A stretch of 64,000 bases of DNA, from NCBI GenBank assembly GCA_973895155.1, contig OZ316896.1:1922001-1986000 (forward strand). Reading direction: 5' to 3'. Under the pieces are notes generated by a model. The model was not told where the DNA came from. It searched no databases and saw nothing but the letters and a program-made list of their open reading frames with translations. Shown piece after piece: positions 35,674-48,937 of this stretch (position 1 is its first letter; each line of letters opens with the position of its first letter). The translations under genes were made by a program, and so were the position numbers. The DNA is from Marsupella aquatica (lineage: Eukaryota > Plantae > Marchantiophyta).

Positions 35674-38600
35674 ATGGCGACTCAGAGGTCCTTACGGTCT
35701 TTGTTGAATCATTCAAAGTCTTTAAGTAGGCGCATTTTGGTTACGTCGTCTGCGGACTCATGGTCTTCACTGTTATCACACCACCGTGGACACGCTGTAC
35801 AACCGGCTCGCCAATTCATCTCCGGCAGGACACTATTGCTTGCAAATCGCTTGAAGACATCTCAAGTGACAAGAACGCTTAGTGGAGAGCCAGCATCCGC
35901 TGGTCCGAACAGCGAAGAACGCGAGGTAACTATCCAGCTTTAGCTTACTAGGCAGGGTCAGGAAAGATTGTGGCTGAGGCTCCTCCACCCGTGGTCTCGA
36001 GAGGTACAGAGGTTTTTGATTCATTTATGTTAGGCTTGATTTCTAATTTGGCCTTTCATTTCCTCCACCTGCGTCAATTCGTCACGTCGTGTCGTTCTTC
36101 AAGGCTTACCACCTGATCCCTCGGCCAGCTTCCTTACTATCTTTCAGCTTCCGCGGCCGATGGCAGGGATGTTCTCAGTAATGCGCTAGTGAATTGTTAC
36201 GGTTTTTTTCATGTTTCTTCACTAATGCGCTTGTGTTGTAAGCGTTATCTTTTGCAATTTTTCTTTGGCCTTTTTCTGGCAAACTTGTCGGCTTGTACTT
36301 TCTGTCTTTGCTCCATTTTTGAGGATTCTGTTCACTGGACTCTCAATTCAATTCAATTCAATTCAATTTCCATGTAATCATCGGTGGTCCTTTTACACTG
36401 AACAATGATTCTTAGGGCTGCAAGGAACCTTTATGGATTCTTTTATGGATTCTCTGTAGGTAAAATAAGAATTGGCTGTGCAATTAAATGGTACGGTTAC
36501 CTTGAAGTAAGGATGAATTGAAGCTGTTCCTGCAGATAAGGGTTTGCTGTTGAATTAGGATGAGCAAGTAGTAGCTGTAATGGCTGTTGGTGTCTTGCAC
36601 GGCCTTCCTAACCGATCCGACAACATTCATACAGACATGGAGTTTAATGAGTTTTCATCGTTTGAACATGACCGAAATGCTGCATTCTTCAAGCCAGCCA
36701 CATTATCTTATCTATAGATGAGATCCCTGCGATAGACGCACCGGTGCGGCCAAAGCAGGATTCTCGATGCCTGGCTGAGTTTCACTCCGGTTCAGTGGAG
36801 CTATTCCCATACTAATTAATGTTCTAGACGAGCTCATAACGCATTGTTATTGGACAGGTTCCGGACTTCAGCTATCCAGGGGCGAAGACAAACTTCATCC
36901 CTGAAATGCGTTTCATCTCCCATGCGGCAGAGGAGTCGGTTCCTTGCTACCGTGTTTTGGATGATTTCGGCCAGCCCACCCAGTTGGCTGAAATGCCTGA
37001 GGTGAGTTGACTGATGAACTGAATTCCGAAGTATTGTATCGCTGAAGCTTCTGTCAACCAATGCAAGGCTTGATAACGGGCCCTCATTTCAGCTGCAGAA
37101 AAATGTTTTGAACTTTCACCGAGCTTGGAAAGCGAACAGAAGATTGTTGAAGTAACGCCATAGAGTGAAACCGTGCCTAGTTTAATTTCTACAAAGCAAA
37201 ACAACAATTCCGACATGATATTTGGGCCTCAGGATAGGTGAATCAATGGGCCGTTATCCCAATAATTGGATGTATAATGTACCTGTCGCAGCTTCATGTT
37301 TGGAGACAAATTCTGGTTTGAGCACCGTTTCATGCTTTTTCTGTGGGGCATTTGTTTGTATGTGCTGCGAGGTTCAGGTTGATGTTGAATTAGCCCGGAA
37401 AATGTACATCAACATGGTACAATTGCAAACGATGGATGTTATTTTCTATGAAGCCCAACGCCAAGGAAGGTTCAGCTTCTACCTTACCTCCCTTGGCGAG
37501 GAGGCCATCAACATCGCAACCGCCGCAGCATTGTCCTCCGAAGACGTGGTCTATTCCCAGGTGTGACATCTTCATCGACCTTGGGCCCCGACTGATTAGT
37601 TTGAATTTGCTTTGAGAGGCTCTTTACTCCGAGTTGCAAAGTGGTATGGTTTTTTGACAATGAGAGACTTCGCGCTGAGCAAGGATTGAATGCGTCTTGT
37701 GAATTAATCTCTCTGGATCTTGTTTGTGCAGTACAGGGAGCCTGGAATCCTCATGTGGCGTGGCTTCACTCTGGAACAGTTCGCCAACCAGTGCTTTGGA
37801 AATTTCAAGGATTTAGGGAAGGGCCGACAGATGCCAATCCACTATGGTTCTCGTGAGCTGAATTATCCTACCGTCTCCTCACCTATAGCGTAAGTTTGTT
37901 GCTTCTCTTCATTGCAGGCCATTTTCGTTTGTTGTACGATCAATTGCCGCCTTTCAATGTTAGGCTAAGGTCAAGTCTTAGATCTTAGACCATCATTGCT
38001 CCAGACGCCATTCTTTTTGCTAGTAATGTCATCATTGGGCCAGTTTGGACTTTGATATGGTGTCACTGTTACCAGGACCGTCTCTGTATTTCATTGCTGT
38101 TATAAGCTTGCTTGAAGCTCGATCAGATGGACGCATGTTAGATATACACATACTCCTAGAAATACCCCAATCATCTGAGACATTCTAGTCTGACAACTAA
38201 AGGGATAGCATGATGTACCACTCATCCGTGCTTCCCTCACTGCCAAACAGGCTTCTCATACTAATTCAACAAACTGCTCTTCTACCATGTGATCGAATCT
38301 CTCCACTTAAAAGGTTGTAGGATTGGACGTGAATTTTGGTGTAATCCGCTGTGAATGCAGCACTCAACTTCCACAAGCGGTGGGCTCTGCTTATGCATTG
38401 AAGATGGCTGGTGCACAAGCATGTGCGGTGGCTTTTTTCGGTGACGGAGGTTCGAGTGAGGTACATAGGTGACCAGGCTCTTGGTTCGTAACTATTTGGT
38501 GATAACTATTTTCATCTGCAATTTTTGTCCTACAAGTTGACTATATTTGCTTCCTAAATTTGCTTAACCGAAATCAGAACCTCAGATCTGAACCTCAGAT

Positions 38601-40868
38601 CTGAAGACAAACTGGAGGTGATGTTTGTGACATAAGTACTCCATCATAGAACTCCACAAATTGGGTTTCAATAACTAAATTAGGAAATAGATCAAATTTG
38701 GGTGCTTTTTTATGTATGGCACCTTGAGTGGCTAACCATAGGGCAGAAGTTTCTAGCATAGATAGAAATTGTGTAGGCAAATGCTGTTGATACCAGGTAG
38801 TAATCCAGCTGTCGAGGGTAGCGCTCTTGCGCCAGGTGTATCGAGCTCCTGGAATGGGTAGTCGATCTCAGTCTCGATTGGTAGTAAGGATTTACGAATG
38901 TGTACGACTGCTTTTCGAGCAGGGTGATTTCCATGCGGCCATGAACTTCGCTGCAACTCTAGAGACCCCGGTACTCTTCATTTGCCGGAACAACGGCTGG
39001 GCGATCAGTACTCCTGTGAGCGATCAATTTCGAAGTACGTGACTGGCCCATTTGTTGACAGTCCCAAATCGTAATTGCATGCTAAACGGTGATTCTGATT
39101 GCAAGGCTTCGTATGCCAGGGCAGCAAAACAGAGGGAAAAACCGACACGAGTCTGAAGGCCAAACATATTGTCCACTTTTTTCTGAAAGGTTTATGCTTG
39201 TACACAACCAGTTTCCGCCACTAGGAATGGCCGTTGTGATAAAAGACGTGTGGGAGGAACAAGGTAGCCATATCATGGGCAGTTGGTCATCCCAGTAAGC
39301 AACAATTTTCCGAACCCTCGTATAAAAGTAAATGACACGGGATTCAGTGATCAATTGCATTGATTTTGAAATCTGTGGTACAGAAAATTCTTCAGGGAAC
39401 AGGAAGCTCAAGAAGGTAAAAATGTTACATGGTGAGAAACACGAAACCTACGGAAAAAAGAAAGCTTCGGCTACAGCAACAAAGGAGGTCGGAAACACGG
39501 AAAATAACACTCTTGGAAAGGAAACTTTAGTGTGTAGTAACGGAACCTTGAATTGCCTTTCCTGGAACAGGTGATGGTGTGGTGGTGAAAGGGCGAGCAT
39601 ACGGAGTACGCAGCATTCGAGTCGATGGCAACGATGCGCTGGCTTTATATGCTACTGTCAAGGCTGCTCGTAAAATGGCCATTGAGGAAAATCGACCTAT
39701 TTTGATAGAGGTACATACTACAGTTAAAGTCACAAGGGCAGCAGATCGATTCCTCTGAGCATAAGAATTTTCTCTAGGTCCGCAGGATCCAAATACATTG
39801 TTGAACTTAGAGCTGCAGTTTTCCTATCCCAACCATGATTAAGGAAGAATTCCGAGGACTGCCTCTCTTTCCACCTGCTCACTGAAGAAGATTCTCGTGC
39901 AATCCCCTTCGTTGAAATGTCCACTCACGTATTTCGTACCCCGTCGGTACTCACGGAGTAGTTAGACATTACTCACTCTGTTTCCTTGCTGTCGTTACAT
40001 TGACCAGGCCCTCACGTATCGCGTCGGTCATCACTCGACGTCCGACGACTCATCGAAGTACAGAGATCGGGATGAAATCGATCACTGGAGAAAGCGTCGC
40101 GACCCAGTCCTCCGATTTAAAAGATGGATGGAAACGTCAGGTTGGTGGGATGCGGAATCCGAGACAAACCTTCGGGCCACTGCAAGAACGGAGGTCAGAT
40201 TCTGAGTCAGTCGTGTCAACCTGTCCCCTGATTTCTAGTGAATTTATTGAGTGGTCTATGACATTCGGAAGAAGCGACCGTACAGATATACATACCCAGC
40301 CTTCTTGTGCTTCATATGGCAACGTTCTTGACAATAAAGTTGGAGGTCCTTTGTTGTGAAGTTGGTCTCTGCTTTCTATCTGGGTCACGAGTTGACATTA
40401 GTGACTCGTATGCAAATTATCCGAACAAGAAGCTGCACGAAGTCGATCACAGCCGGGAGATAGAATGCGCACATTCCTCACGAGTTGATCATCAATAAAA
40501 AACCGATCAATCGGGCGAGACTTAGGATTGGATGCCAGGTGCTTTTGTCTGGAAATTGAGCCGTCTAATGCCATATGATACTAGAATAGATCGATTCTAC
40601 GTTCACCCGAGGCAAGGAACTTGTCCGAGAACGACACTCTACTCTGTGTATTGTAAATTTCATTGACGTGGTCTGTTCGTGAATCTTTGGGCGTGAGCAG
40701 GTGATTGCTGCAATGACGAAAGCTGGACATCTGCAGAAGCCTGATCTTTCCAACATGTTTTCGGATGTTTACGATACAGTTCCCAACAATCTGAAGCGGC
40801 AGGAGAAGAAGCTTCGAGAAACCGTGGCAAGACATCGTAACTTGTATCCAACAGATGTGCCGCTTTGA
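35674..40868 (+). CDS. BCKDHA: Branched-chain alpha-keto acid dehydrogenase E1 alpha subunit (mitochondrial), ~9 exons
   Basis: [13 protein letters not shown]...[24 protein letters not shown] motif FFGDGGSSE|[11 protein letters not shown]...[18 protein letters not shown], phospho-loop [13 protein letters not shown]. Stop at 40866-40868. Confidence 0.95.
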
Positions 40869-43127
40869 GGCTTGGGGAATAAATAAGCATTGATATTTAT
40901 AAGCAATGATAAATAAGCTCCAAGCTTGGGGAATATATCAATGCATCGAACGGCCAATCATCATTCAAGCAAGTTTTCAAAACTTTGCTGCCTTGTTACA
41001 AGTTTCTGACGTTCCCTGGACGGAGCGATACAGTACCTCGATGGCGACGTCCTAGCTCTCTGATAAATTTGGGCAGACATCTCAGCTTTTGCCAATGGGA
41101 AAAGGTCTTGCACGTTTGAGCTTGCCCCGTTGGAGAACGTATCATATGTATATAGATTGGTTCCTACCGAGCAAACATGTTTTGGGGTGCTCTGGCGATG
41201 TACATACGAGTAGCGGTGGTTTGCCACACAAACTTCACTTTTCCTCGAGCTGCAGTCGTTCTATGTTTAACCTGGATTCAATGCCTGTTTCTTCCAAGCC
41301 GAAGAAGATGACAATTATAAAAGCCAATGTTGGACAAAGAACGTGTTGCGAAGTGCCAGAGTAGAGGTGTTTAAAAGGATTTGAGAATGCACGAAATTGA
41401 ACTTCCATTAGTAGGCATCGATCCAGTCAATTCTTTTGAAAAGAGCAAGATAGACTTTAAACTTGACGGATTCCGAATATGGACCGTATAGTTTGTATTT
41501 CTGCTTCAAATTGCACAGCATACGCATATGCATCGGAGACTAATCAACTTGAAGCACAAATAGAGGGTTTGGCGCTACTTTTCATGACAGCAAGCGGAAA
41601 GCGGCCTAGTTGGAGAGATGGACGGTGGTCGGATTCGATTTACTCAGGAATTCAATTCGTTGGAATTAGTAGTGTGTAAAACATCTGGATGCCGATACAA
41701 TCTTTGCTGAAATCGCTCGAATTTGGTACAACTTACTTTGTTCGAGCTTTGCAGTTTTTGCTCATCCCGACAAGAGACCCTGTAGCGATCACATCCGATC
41801 TTCACATCACGATTCTCAACTGTGACTTTGTTGCAGTGTGTTCGAAGTGTAAGAGCCCCCGACTCTTCGAATGGCAGGTATTTAGGAAGCGAAACCAGGT
41901 CCTAAATACCTCCCAGTCGAAAATTTAGCTCAATCTTCAAGTCACTTTACATCAACATAGACTTCAATCTGAAGTTTCGTTATATCGTCATCTCACATAG
42001 ATTCAGGGTACACAACGTTTAAAGATATGGAGGCTAGTTTTCATAGTAATGCCGGCATTTCGTCCAATTTGTACCTTGTCTTGCATCGTGGTCGTCGAAG
42101 TTCAACTTATGAGCGTAAGAGTAAGTGTTGACGGTTCGCATTATGGTACATGGATTTTATCGCTGATGTGCATTTCGCTCTTAATGATTTCCTTCTCCAG
42201 TGCCATTCGTTCTAGAATTGAAATCAAGCTGATTAAGTTTACAGGACATGGGCCAGGAGACTTCAAACCTGGATCAGCTTTCGTAGACTCAAAATTGCAG
42301 TCATGTATGATCAGGGACGAATTGCCAGGCCGGTTTATCCAGAATGATGTCACTAATGGACTTCATTCGAAGATCGAACCGAAGTACAAAATTGGATATC
42401 GGAGTACAGCAGGTTATCTTCCTCTGCGTCATGTGAAAGCTTAATCGATGCAACGACATCACACGGATTTAGTTATTGTACAAAAGATCAGAGGAGGTGT
42501 TGAGGTCTGAAACAGGAAGTAACACTTTTATATCATGGGAAAGCGTTCACCAGGCACATTGAAAACATTGAATGTTAACGTCAGGCGGAGCAGCTTTGTC
42601 GTGTCCATTCGATAGCGTACTTCGCAAGGCTGAAGGCGAGGAAAAAAATGCACTTGATACAGTCAAAACTTATCCACAACCTCATCAAAGTACAATTGAA
42701 ATCGTCATTAGAGCGGGTGATCTCTCTCGATTCCCAGTGCCTTGCACACAATGCACATGCTCTCGTGTTCCGATCGAAAGGTTCAGTGCTCGTACATCCA
42801 TGGACCAAGGATTATAAACAAAAATCATGAAGAAAGCTAATGACATTCGGAGAGATCAATGTTTAATCGTTCATGCCGACTTCATTTGAAGTGCTCTGAT
42901 CACTCTGCAAGCAATGACTCAATTGGATTCCGTGCTTGACTGCTCAACGAGAAATTTGAATGTGTACCGTGCTGATTTGTGCCCTCGATGATTTTTAACA
43001 AACTCGAATATCTCTGCTCATTCATCCATGAATCGATCTCGACCACGATCATCGATTCCCACCACCGATTATGCAAACGCAATGACGAGCAAGCAGAGCA
43101 CGGGCTGAATCTTCCGATGGCAGGTAT

Positions 43128-43883
43128 TTAGCAAGAACTCGGTGAGCCTGGGGCCATCAGCTCTACCTCGTGCGGTATGAAGTTCGAGAGGCTCGTCGAA
43201 TGTACATCTCGGGGTACATGTGTTCTCAAAAGATCTTGTATCAGAAATTCGAGTTCTGCAATCCGGCCCCTTTCTTCGGTGGTTGGCATGATACTCTTCT
43301 GGGCATCGCACCACTCTGGAAAGTGGGGCTCCAGTATCGCAACAAACTGAAGGCTCTGGGTCTTGGCGTCCAGTTTGATATCGGCCTCTTCGCAGAGCCA
43401 AATCGCGTCTCGATATCTTCTGCAGAAGAGCTGGAGATGTTCTCCGCTGTATTTACAGTCACGTAAATTGTTCCAGGTTTTGCTGGCATAAGTCCACTTT
43501 GGCCCGTCCCGCGCCGCCGGTAGCGGCCCGTATTGATCTCTCAGCTTGTCCCACAGAAGTTTTGCTGTCCCCCACTTGGCGTACTTCACGTGAATCATCA
43601 AATGGGAGGTATGTAGGATGAGCCTGCGGGCCTCCACAGAATTTATCGTAAAAAGCCTGAGACGTTTTTCGAAAGCAGGCAAGCTTTCGTCACTATGTCG
43701 TTCTGGTGGAGCAGGCGTTCCTTTGACAAATTCCAACATGTCATATTTTTCAAGCCGTAAGTAACACCGCCTCCCCCAAATGACGTAGTTCGAGCTCCCC
43801 TGAAGCAAGGGGATTCCGTCAAGAAGGTCCTCAATAACACAGCCACCGATAGCAGAGCTGCTCGGTAGATAACGCACACTCAT
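43128..43883 (-). CDS. Intact 251-aa ORF resembling a Ty1/Copia Gag N-terminal/capsid domain, without pol or LTRs
   Basis: ATG start. IPLLQGSSNYVIW...LEFVKGT..PP and EARRLI...TAKLLWDKLRDQYG match the Copia gag (DUF4219/UBN2-like) pattern as recognised by eye. Confidence 0.65.
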   Translation of the reverse strand: MSVRYLPSSSAIGGCVIEDLLDGIPLLQGSSNYVIWGRRCYLRLEKYDMLEFVKGTPAPPERHSDESLPAFEKRLRLFTINSVEARRLILHTSHLMIHVKYAKWGTAKLLWDKLRDQYGPLPAARDGPKWTYASKTWNNLRDCKYSGEHLQLFCRRYRDAIWLCEEADIKLDAKTQSLQFVAILEPHFPEWCDAQKSIMPTTEERGRIAELEFLIQDLLRTHVPRDVHSTSLSNFIPHEVELMAPGSPSSC

Positions 43884-46800
43884 CTTTCCAGTCTGCTAAT
43901 TCTGAGATGCTAAATCGGGGGATGGCGAGATCAATGTGAAACTATTAGCCACTCCAAAGTCCGTTGGAATTTGTTCCTCGACAGCTATACGAGTGCTCCG
44001 AAGCTAGATCTAAATCCGTTGAAAATTGTTGCTCGACAAGCTATACAGCTCCTAATACGAAAGCAAATATCCACTCGTGAATGTTGCAAATTGCTCTTCG
44101 ACACGCTATACAACTCCGGAGCAGCTAGGAACGCAAGTAACCACTCCCGAATCCGTTGCAAATTGTCCACGACAAAGTATACAACTCGGTGGAGGAGCCA
44201 AAAGTCCGAGTCAGATCGTAAGATTTGTTTCCGCATAGTCTAAGGTTGAGGTTCAGTTACAATGAGTTTTCAAAATAGCACGGAACTGACTGAGCGCTGA
44301 GTGTAACGAAGTACAGTACTGAACTTGCTCTCTCTGTTCGCATGAGTTTATCAGTGCGAATGAGCTTGCATTTATATTCACACGAACACTCTGTCTGTGG
44401 AGTTGCACGAGAGTCGCACAACTTTTCTCCCTTTCTACTTGCCGATTCAACATGCTGAGCGCTGCTTGGCCAATTGCGTGATTAAGCTCTCAACCACAGA
44501 AATTCTTGGAATAGATAATTCATCTTTGCACGAGGGACGTCACATCAGTTCTTCACCGCGCGCTTATGTACAAGTTTTGAATTGTTCAAGCTTTAAAGAT
44601 CATCACAACAACTTACTTCCAATGACTGTGGCTGATGGCGACCTGCATGATCATTTGTAGTGACCGTGGAGAGCACCAGTAGCTCTATATAGATTGACTG
44701 ATGACTGAAACGAGAGCGCCAATTTGGTGTTTGTGTCGAGTTGAAAATTACTTACGGTAGTCAAGAGCTGACAGCCTGCCTACTACGCATCAATATATAT
44801 TGAAGCACACAGTGGCATCAGAATCATCGTTTAGAGTCGAAGCTTAGTGCCGACTGCTCTTCGTCTATGGCATACTAAGCATGCACGTCTAACAAGACAA
44901 TCGCTGCGGTGGCATTCCACCAATCCACCCCATTGCCCTCCCACTCAAAATCTTCTTCAGACTGCTTGCGGGGCTCACTGGCCTTGAGTAATATTGATGA
45001 AAAAATTGTTTTGCCAAGTCCTCTTGAATTGAACGACTCGTTCACCGAGCTCGCCGCGCAACACCAGAGCAATTTGCGAGTTCACATCCTTGGAGATTAG
45101 TGGGGATTTCCTTCAGAGAAAAGAAGATACATCGTCCCAAAGTGCCAAGACAGATCAGAAGATGACGCCAGACCGAAAGAAGACGGAAGACAAACGTAAT
45201 CAGGTCATTTTGTTGAAGGAGGAATTGTCACGGAGACTCGGAAAGACGAATCTCCATCGCAAAACAGAGAAAATGCTGGAGGGACAGCAGACTGAAGAAG
45301 AGGAAGAAACAAAGTTTTCGCAGAATCAGTATTCTGAGAAAAATGGCTGAGAAAAATGGCTGAGAAAAATTCTATCACATCATGCCTTGGAACAAACACG
45401 AGCTGCCAATAGGAATAAAGGTTCGTGCGTGCTTTCTTTAAAAATAAATAAATCTGGGCATGGGAGTCTGAGTAAGGGATTTGCTAATGAACTCCAAAAT
45501 CAGCCAAATCAAAAGGTGTAAAGAACCACTATAGTCCGATTTGTATTGCTAACTATACCCTTAATCCCGTAAAAAAATTACTATTTGCTGGCACCTTACA
45601 AACCCTCTCATGGACATAGGTCTACATTGTAGACTATCTGTAGATAGTGGATCCTAATGTATGTACAGGTTACCAATAAGTAACCATTTCCGGAGGTACA
45701 TGCTATAATTCCTATAATCTCTTACCAGGGAACCGAGATTCTCATATTTGAGTTGCTCTATTGTAGATACATTGTTTTGAGTGTTAACTGTGGACCAGCT
45801 TATTTTTTAAGGTTTTAATTTTTAGCCACTGTGGGAATGTCAGCAGCTCTAAGGGAGGAGATGCTAGGGATTTTCTTTGTCAGTTTTTCCTGGAATATAT
45901 CCTGATCATCAGATATCCCTAGATTTATGGATGGCCGTTAGATTCTGGGGAATAGGGTACATGATTAGGTGGGAAAGTGGCGAAATGACACAAGAAAAGT
46001 GTAGGGAATGTTAGCCAAAAGTGACAAACACTTTTTGGGGAGGAGTAATTTGGCTAAAATTGGCACTTAAAAAATACGTTGCTATGGATGACTCCCCGAG
46101 TGAAAAAAGTGGGGTTGGGGAGGGGGTGACGCTGGTCTACGAAGGAGCAGAATGATATTTACTCAGGATTCTCGCTGGTTAACGAAGGGGTAGCAGCAGT
46201 TGATTTCCCGCGCAGGCTACAAAGTCCGGAGAAAGCGACAACATCCTAGGCACCTGGCCAGATTCCGGGTCGTGCCCCATTGGCTGGCGGTATTCCTTCA
46301 CAGTAAGTACATTCGGTACAACACTTGGACCCTCGGTCTTCGGGATGGACTGTTGTCCGAATCGGACGGATAGATACTAGATAGCTTGGGAGTTGGGACT
46401 ACGATTCCCATCGTACGGTGGGAAGTGAAGCCGTGAAGGCGTGTCAGCAAGTGGCACAGCGATTCGAACCTCTAATGGTGGCTCGAATCTGGTTCGCTGA
46501 AGTCAGAATGAAGGGGTTTGCGACAATTTGTTTGTTTTAACGGACTCTGCAGGAGGTGGAACAAAATCGACCAGACTGCAACAAAATGGTCACAGACCGG
46601 TACAATGTCTCGAGAGTCCCCTAAATTCTAGATTATGAATCCATTTCAATCGTCGTCCATGCACTTCCTCTCCAGATTCTACCTTTGCATCTAATATGGG
46701 TTCTCTGCCAAAATTATCAGTATGTGTCAAATGTGACATGGGCCTTAGGAAGCTTGCAAGCATATAATTGCAGAAATCAGATACAAAAATATAAATCAGG

Positions 46801-46906
46801 GTTAAGGATACTCCTAGTTTGTATTCTTACTTGAGCTTTGAGTTTTGTATTCTTACAAGAGCTTGAGTTTTGTATTCTGTTTCTAATTTGGGTGGCTATT
46901 ATTCTC

Positions 46907-47052
46907 GGGGGTCTCATTATATGGATGCCTCTCCATCATTTGCGAAGTTTTTAGGTTTGGGACCCCCTAAAATGCAAGAATTTTAAATTTTTTTTTGATC
47001 CCTATGAAATTAGAATATTCTCAAAATATTCCAAAAATTTGGTTATCAGTAC
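46907..47052 (+). repeat. Dispersed repeat (second copy at ~59047-59186)
   Basis: ggggtctca(t/c)tatatgg...cctctccatcat...gtttttagg...ggaccccct...aatattccaaaa...actct is shared by both loci. Confidence 0.8.
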
Positions 47053-47249
47053 TCTAATGTTCTTATAAGTCTCAAAATTGTATTTAAAAGACCTTATTAT
47101 TCTTCTCAAAAAATTCTTAAGTTTTCATTTCAAACCAATAAAATGACTCTATATTTCGTCACACATGATATGTCATTTTTGTGGAAGTGAAACCCCCGAA
47201 CTATTATTGACCATAATGTTTTGATAATAGGATCTCTAATACACTTAAA

Positions 47250-47593
47250 TGTTAGATATTGCTCTAGTCTTGTGACTCATGAGCTAACCACAGTTCGTCT
47301 AATTTGGGTCAGGGCTTAGCTAATGTTAGCGGTAGTGCTGTTGTGCATATAGCCAGGGCTGATGCCAGACCCTGGTGGAACTGAGGCTCATTGTTACGGA
47401 GCTAGTTGAGAGATAGGGAGAGGTTGTGCTGTGGATGCTTGGTATGGTCTGTCGGCCTAGAGTGCAATAAAGCTCTTGTGTATTCCCGTGGACGTAGCCT
47501 CATGTGGAGGTGAACCACGTATCTCTCTGTGTCGACTATTGTGTGTTGGATGGTTCATGGACTTGCCGTTACGAATGTCATCTATGCTCAACA
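47250..47593 (+). mobile_element. Solo LTR (344 bp)
   Basis: TGTT...AACA ends; 5-bp TSD TTAAA (47245-47249 / 47594-47598); internal TATA-like catatatag, AATAAA, and the plant LTR motif cccgtggacgtagcc...gtgaaccacgt. Confidence 0.88.
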
Positions 47594-48937
47594 TTAAAAG
47601 CTTAGTAAAAGATCTAACTAAAAGTAAACAAGAATCTTTCTATCAAGTTGATGCAAATTTGTGAGTGTGCATTCTTCTCCAAGAATTTCAATTACAAAGC
47701 ATATGTCACAGTGCCCAAGGGCCAAAAATGTCTAACTGAGACATGATCCCAAAGGCAAAATAACCCAATGAAGGGAAGGAAAAGGGCCCCAAGACAAACA
47801 AGCCAAGGGGACCCAACCAAAAGCCAAGGAAAAAGCAAGGGGCAAAAAAAACAAAGGGAAAGATCAAAACCAATGAAGAACCAAGGGCCAAAAAAAAACA
47901 AAGGGAAAGATCACGCAAGGCATCATGTTTGGATTATGACAAAGTTTTTGTTCCTTTACGACAACATTATTTTTTATTCTACACATTCGACAGGCCTTGT
48001 TGTAGGTTGCCCGGGCCCCACTCCCTGTACAGTGAGTCCAACTTGCTACCGTCCTGCACCGTAGGTAAGGTGACCGGTCCCTCGCACAATCGAGCTACTG
48101 CACCGTAGGTACGGTGACCGGTCCTGACACAAGCGACCGTGCCTAGGACGAGAAGGGACGCGCGCACAAGGACCTCGGCGAAAAGCTTTCCTCTGGCTCC
48201 TCCTCTGGCCTTTCTGGTAGCCCTCGAGAAGGGGGTCGAGCAGCATCGAGCAGCATCGAGCAGCATTGTGTCGACGAACTGCGAATTGCTTCGTTTACGC
48301 GCCGGTGGCGACGAACGATGTGATGACATCCCCACAGTAATCTCGTTGCGCTCTGCCCTGCTCACTGCGCGCTTTGTCATGGCCCTGCCGACGTTGCCGC
48401 TCAGCTTGAGTGGAGCTCTCGCTGCACGTCGCCCGGGCGTCGGCTCCTTTGGTGAGTGTGGTTTCTGCTCTCGAGAAATTGTCTTCATGTCTTCTCGTGC
48501 CGTTGGTGGCGGTCGGGAGGAGAGTCTGTGTTCGTCCCGGTTTTTAGTTAGTTTCATTCGACTGGACCTCCCGACGACCGCAATCCTGCCCTACCTTACC
48601 CTCTGGACGGCAGCAGTGGTTTGCTTTCAAAGCGGAGAGTTGGCGCTCTTTGAAGAATTCGTCTACTACTGACGCTTGCGGATATGGGGATGTGCTAGAG
48701 TACGGGAGCTTGAGAATGGATCAATGAATGGGATTAAAAGGATGGCAGAGCTCAGGTACTTGGAAATTGCCGTGGCAGGAGGCAATTGAGCAGATTACAA
48801 GTGAAGGCACTGTTGGAGTCATAAAAATCTCTCCGTGTTGTGACCGGTGCAGCGGGTATAAACAGAGCGATTGCAGAGGACTATAGTGGTGATGAAATTT
48901 GTTTCAGGCCTGGATTCTCAGTAAGGAAAAACTGTAG

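Noticed and set aside
41700-42830. Pol remnant downstream of the gag-like ORF, or an LRR pseudogene
   Set aside because: No PR, IN or RT motifs; the leucine periodicity is too weak to support a call.
47979-48672. Overlapping 192-aa (-) and 177-aa (+) ORFs
   Set aside because: GC-rich low-complexity region with no recognisable domain; probably the promoter/5'UTR of the LysM gene.
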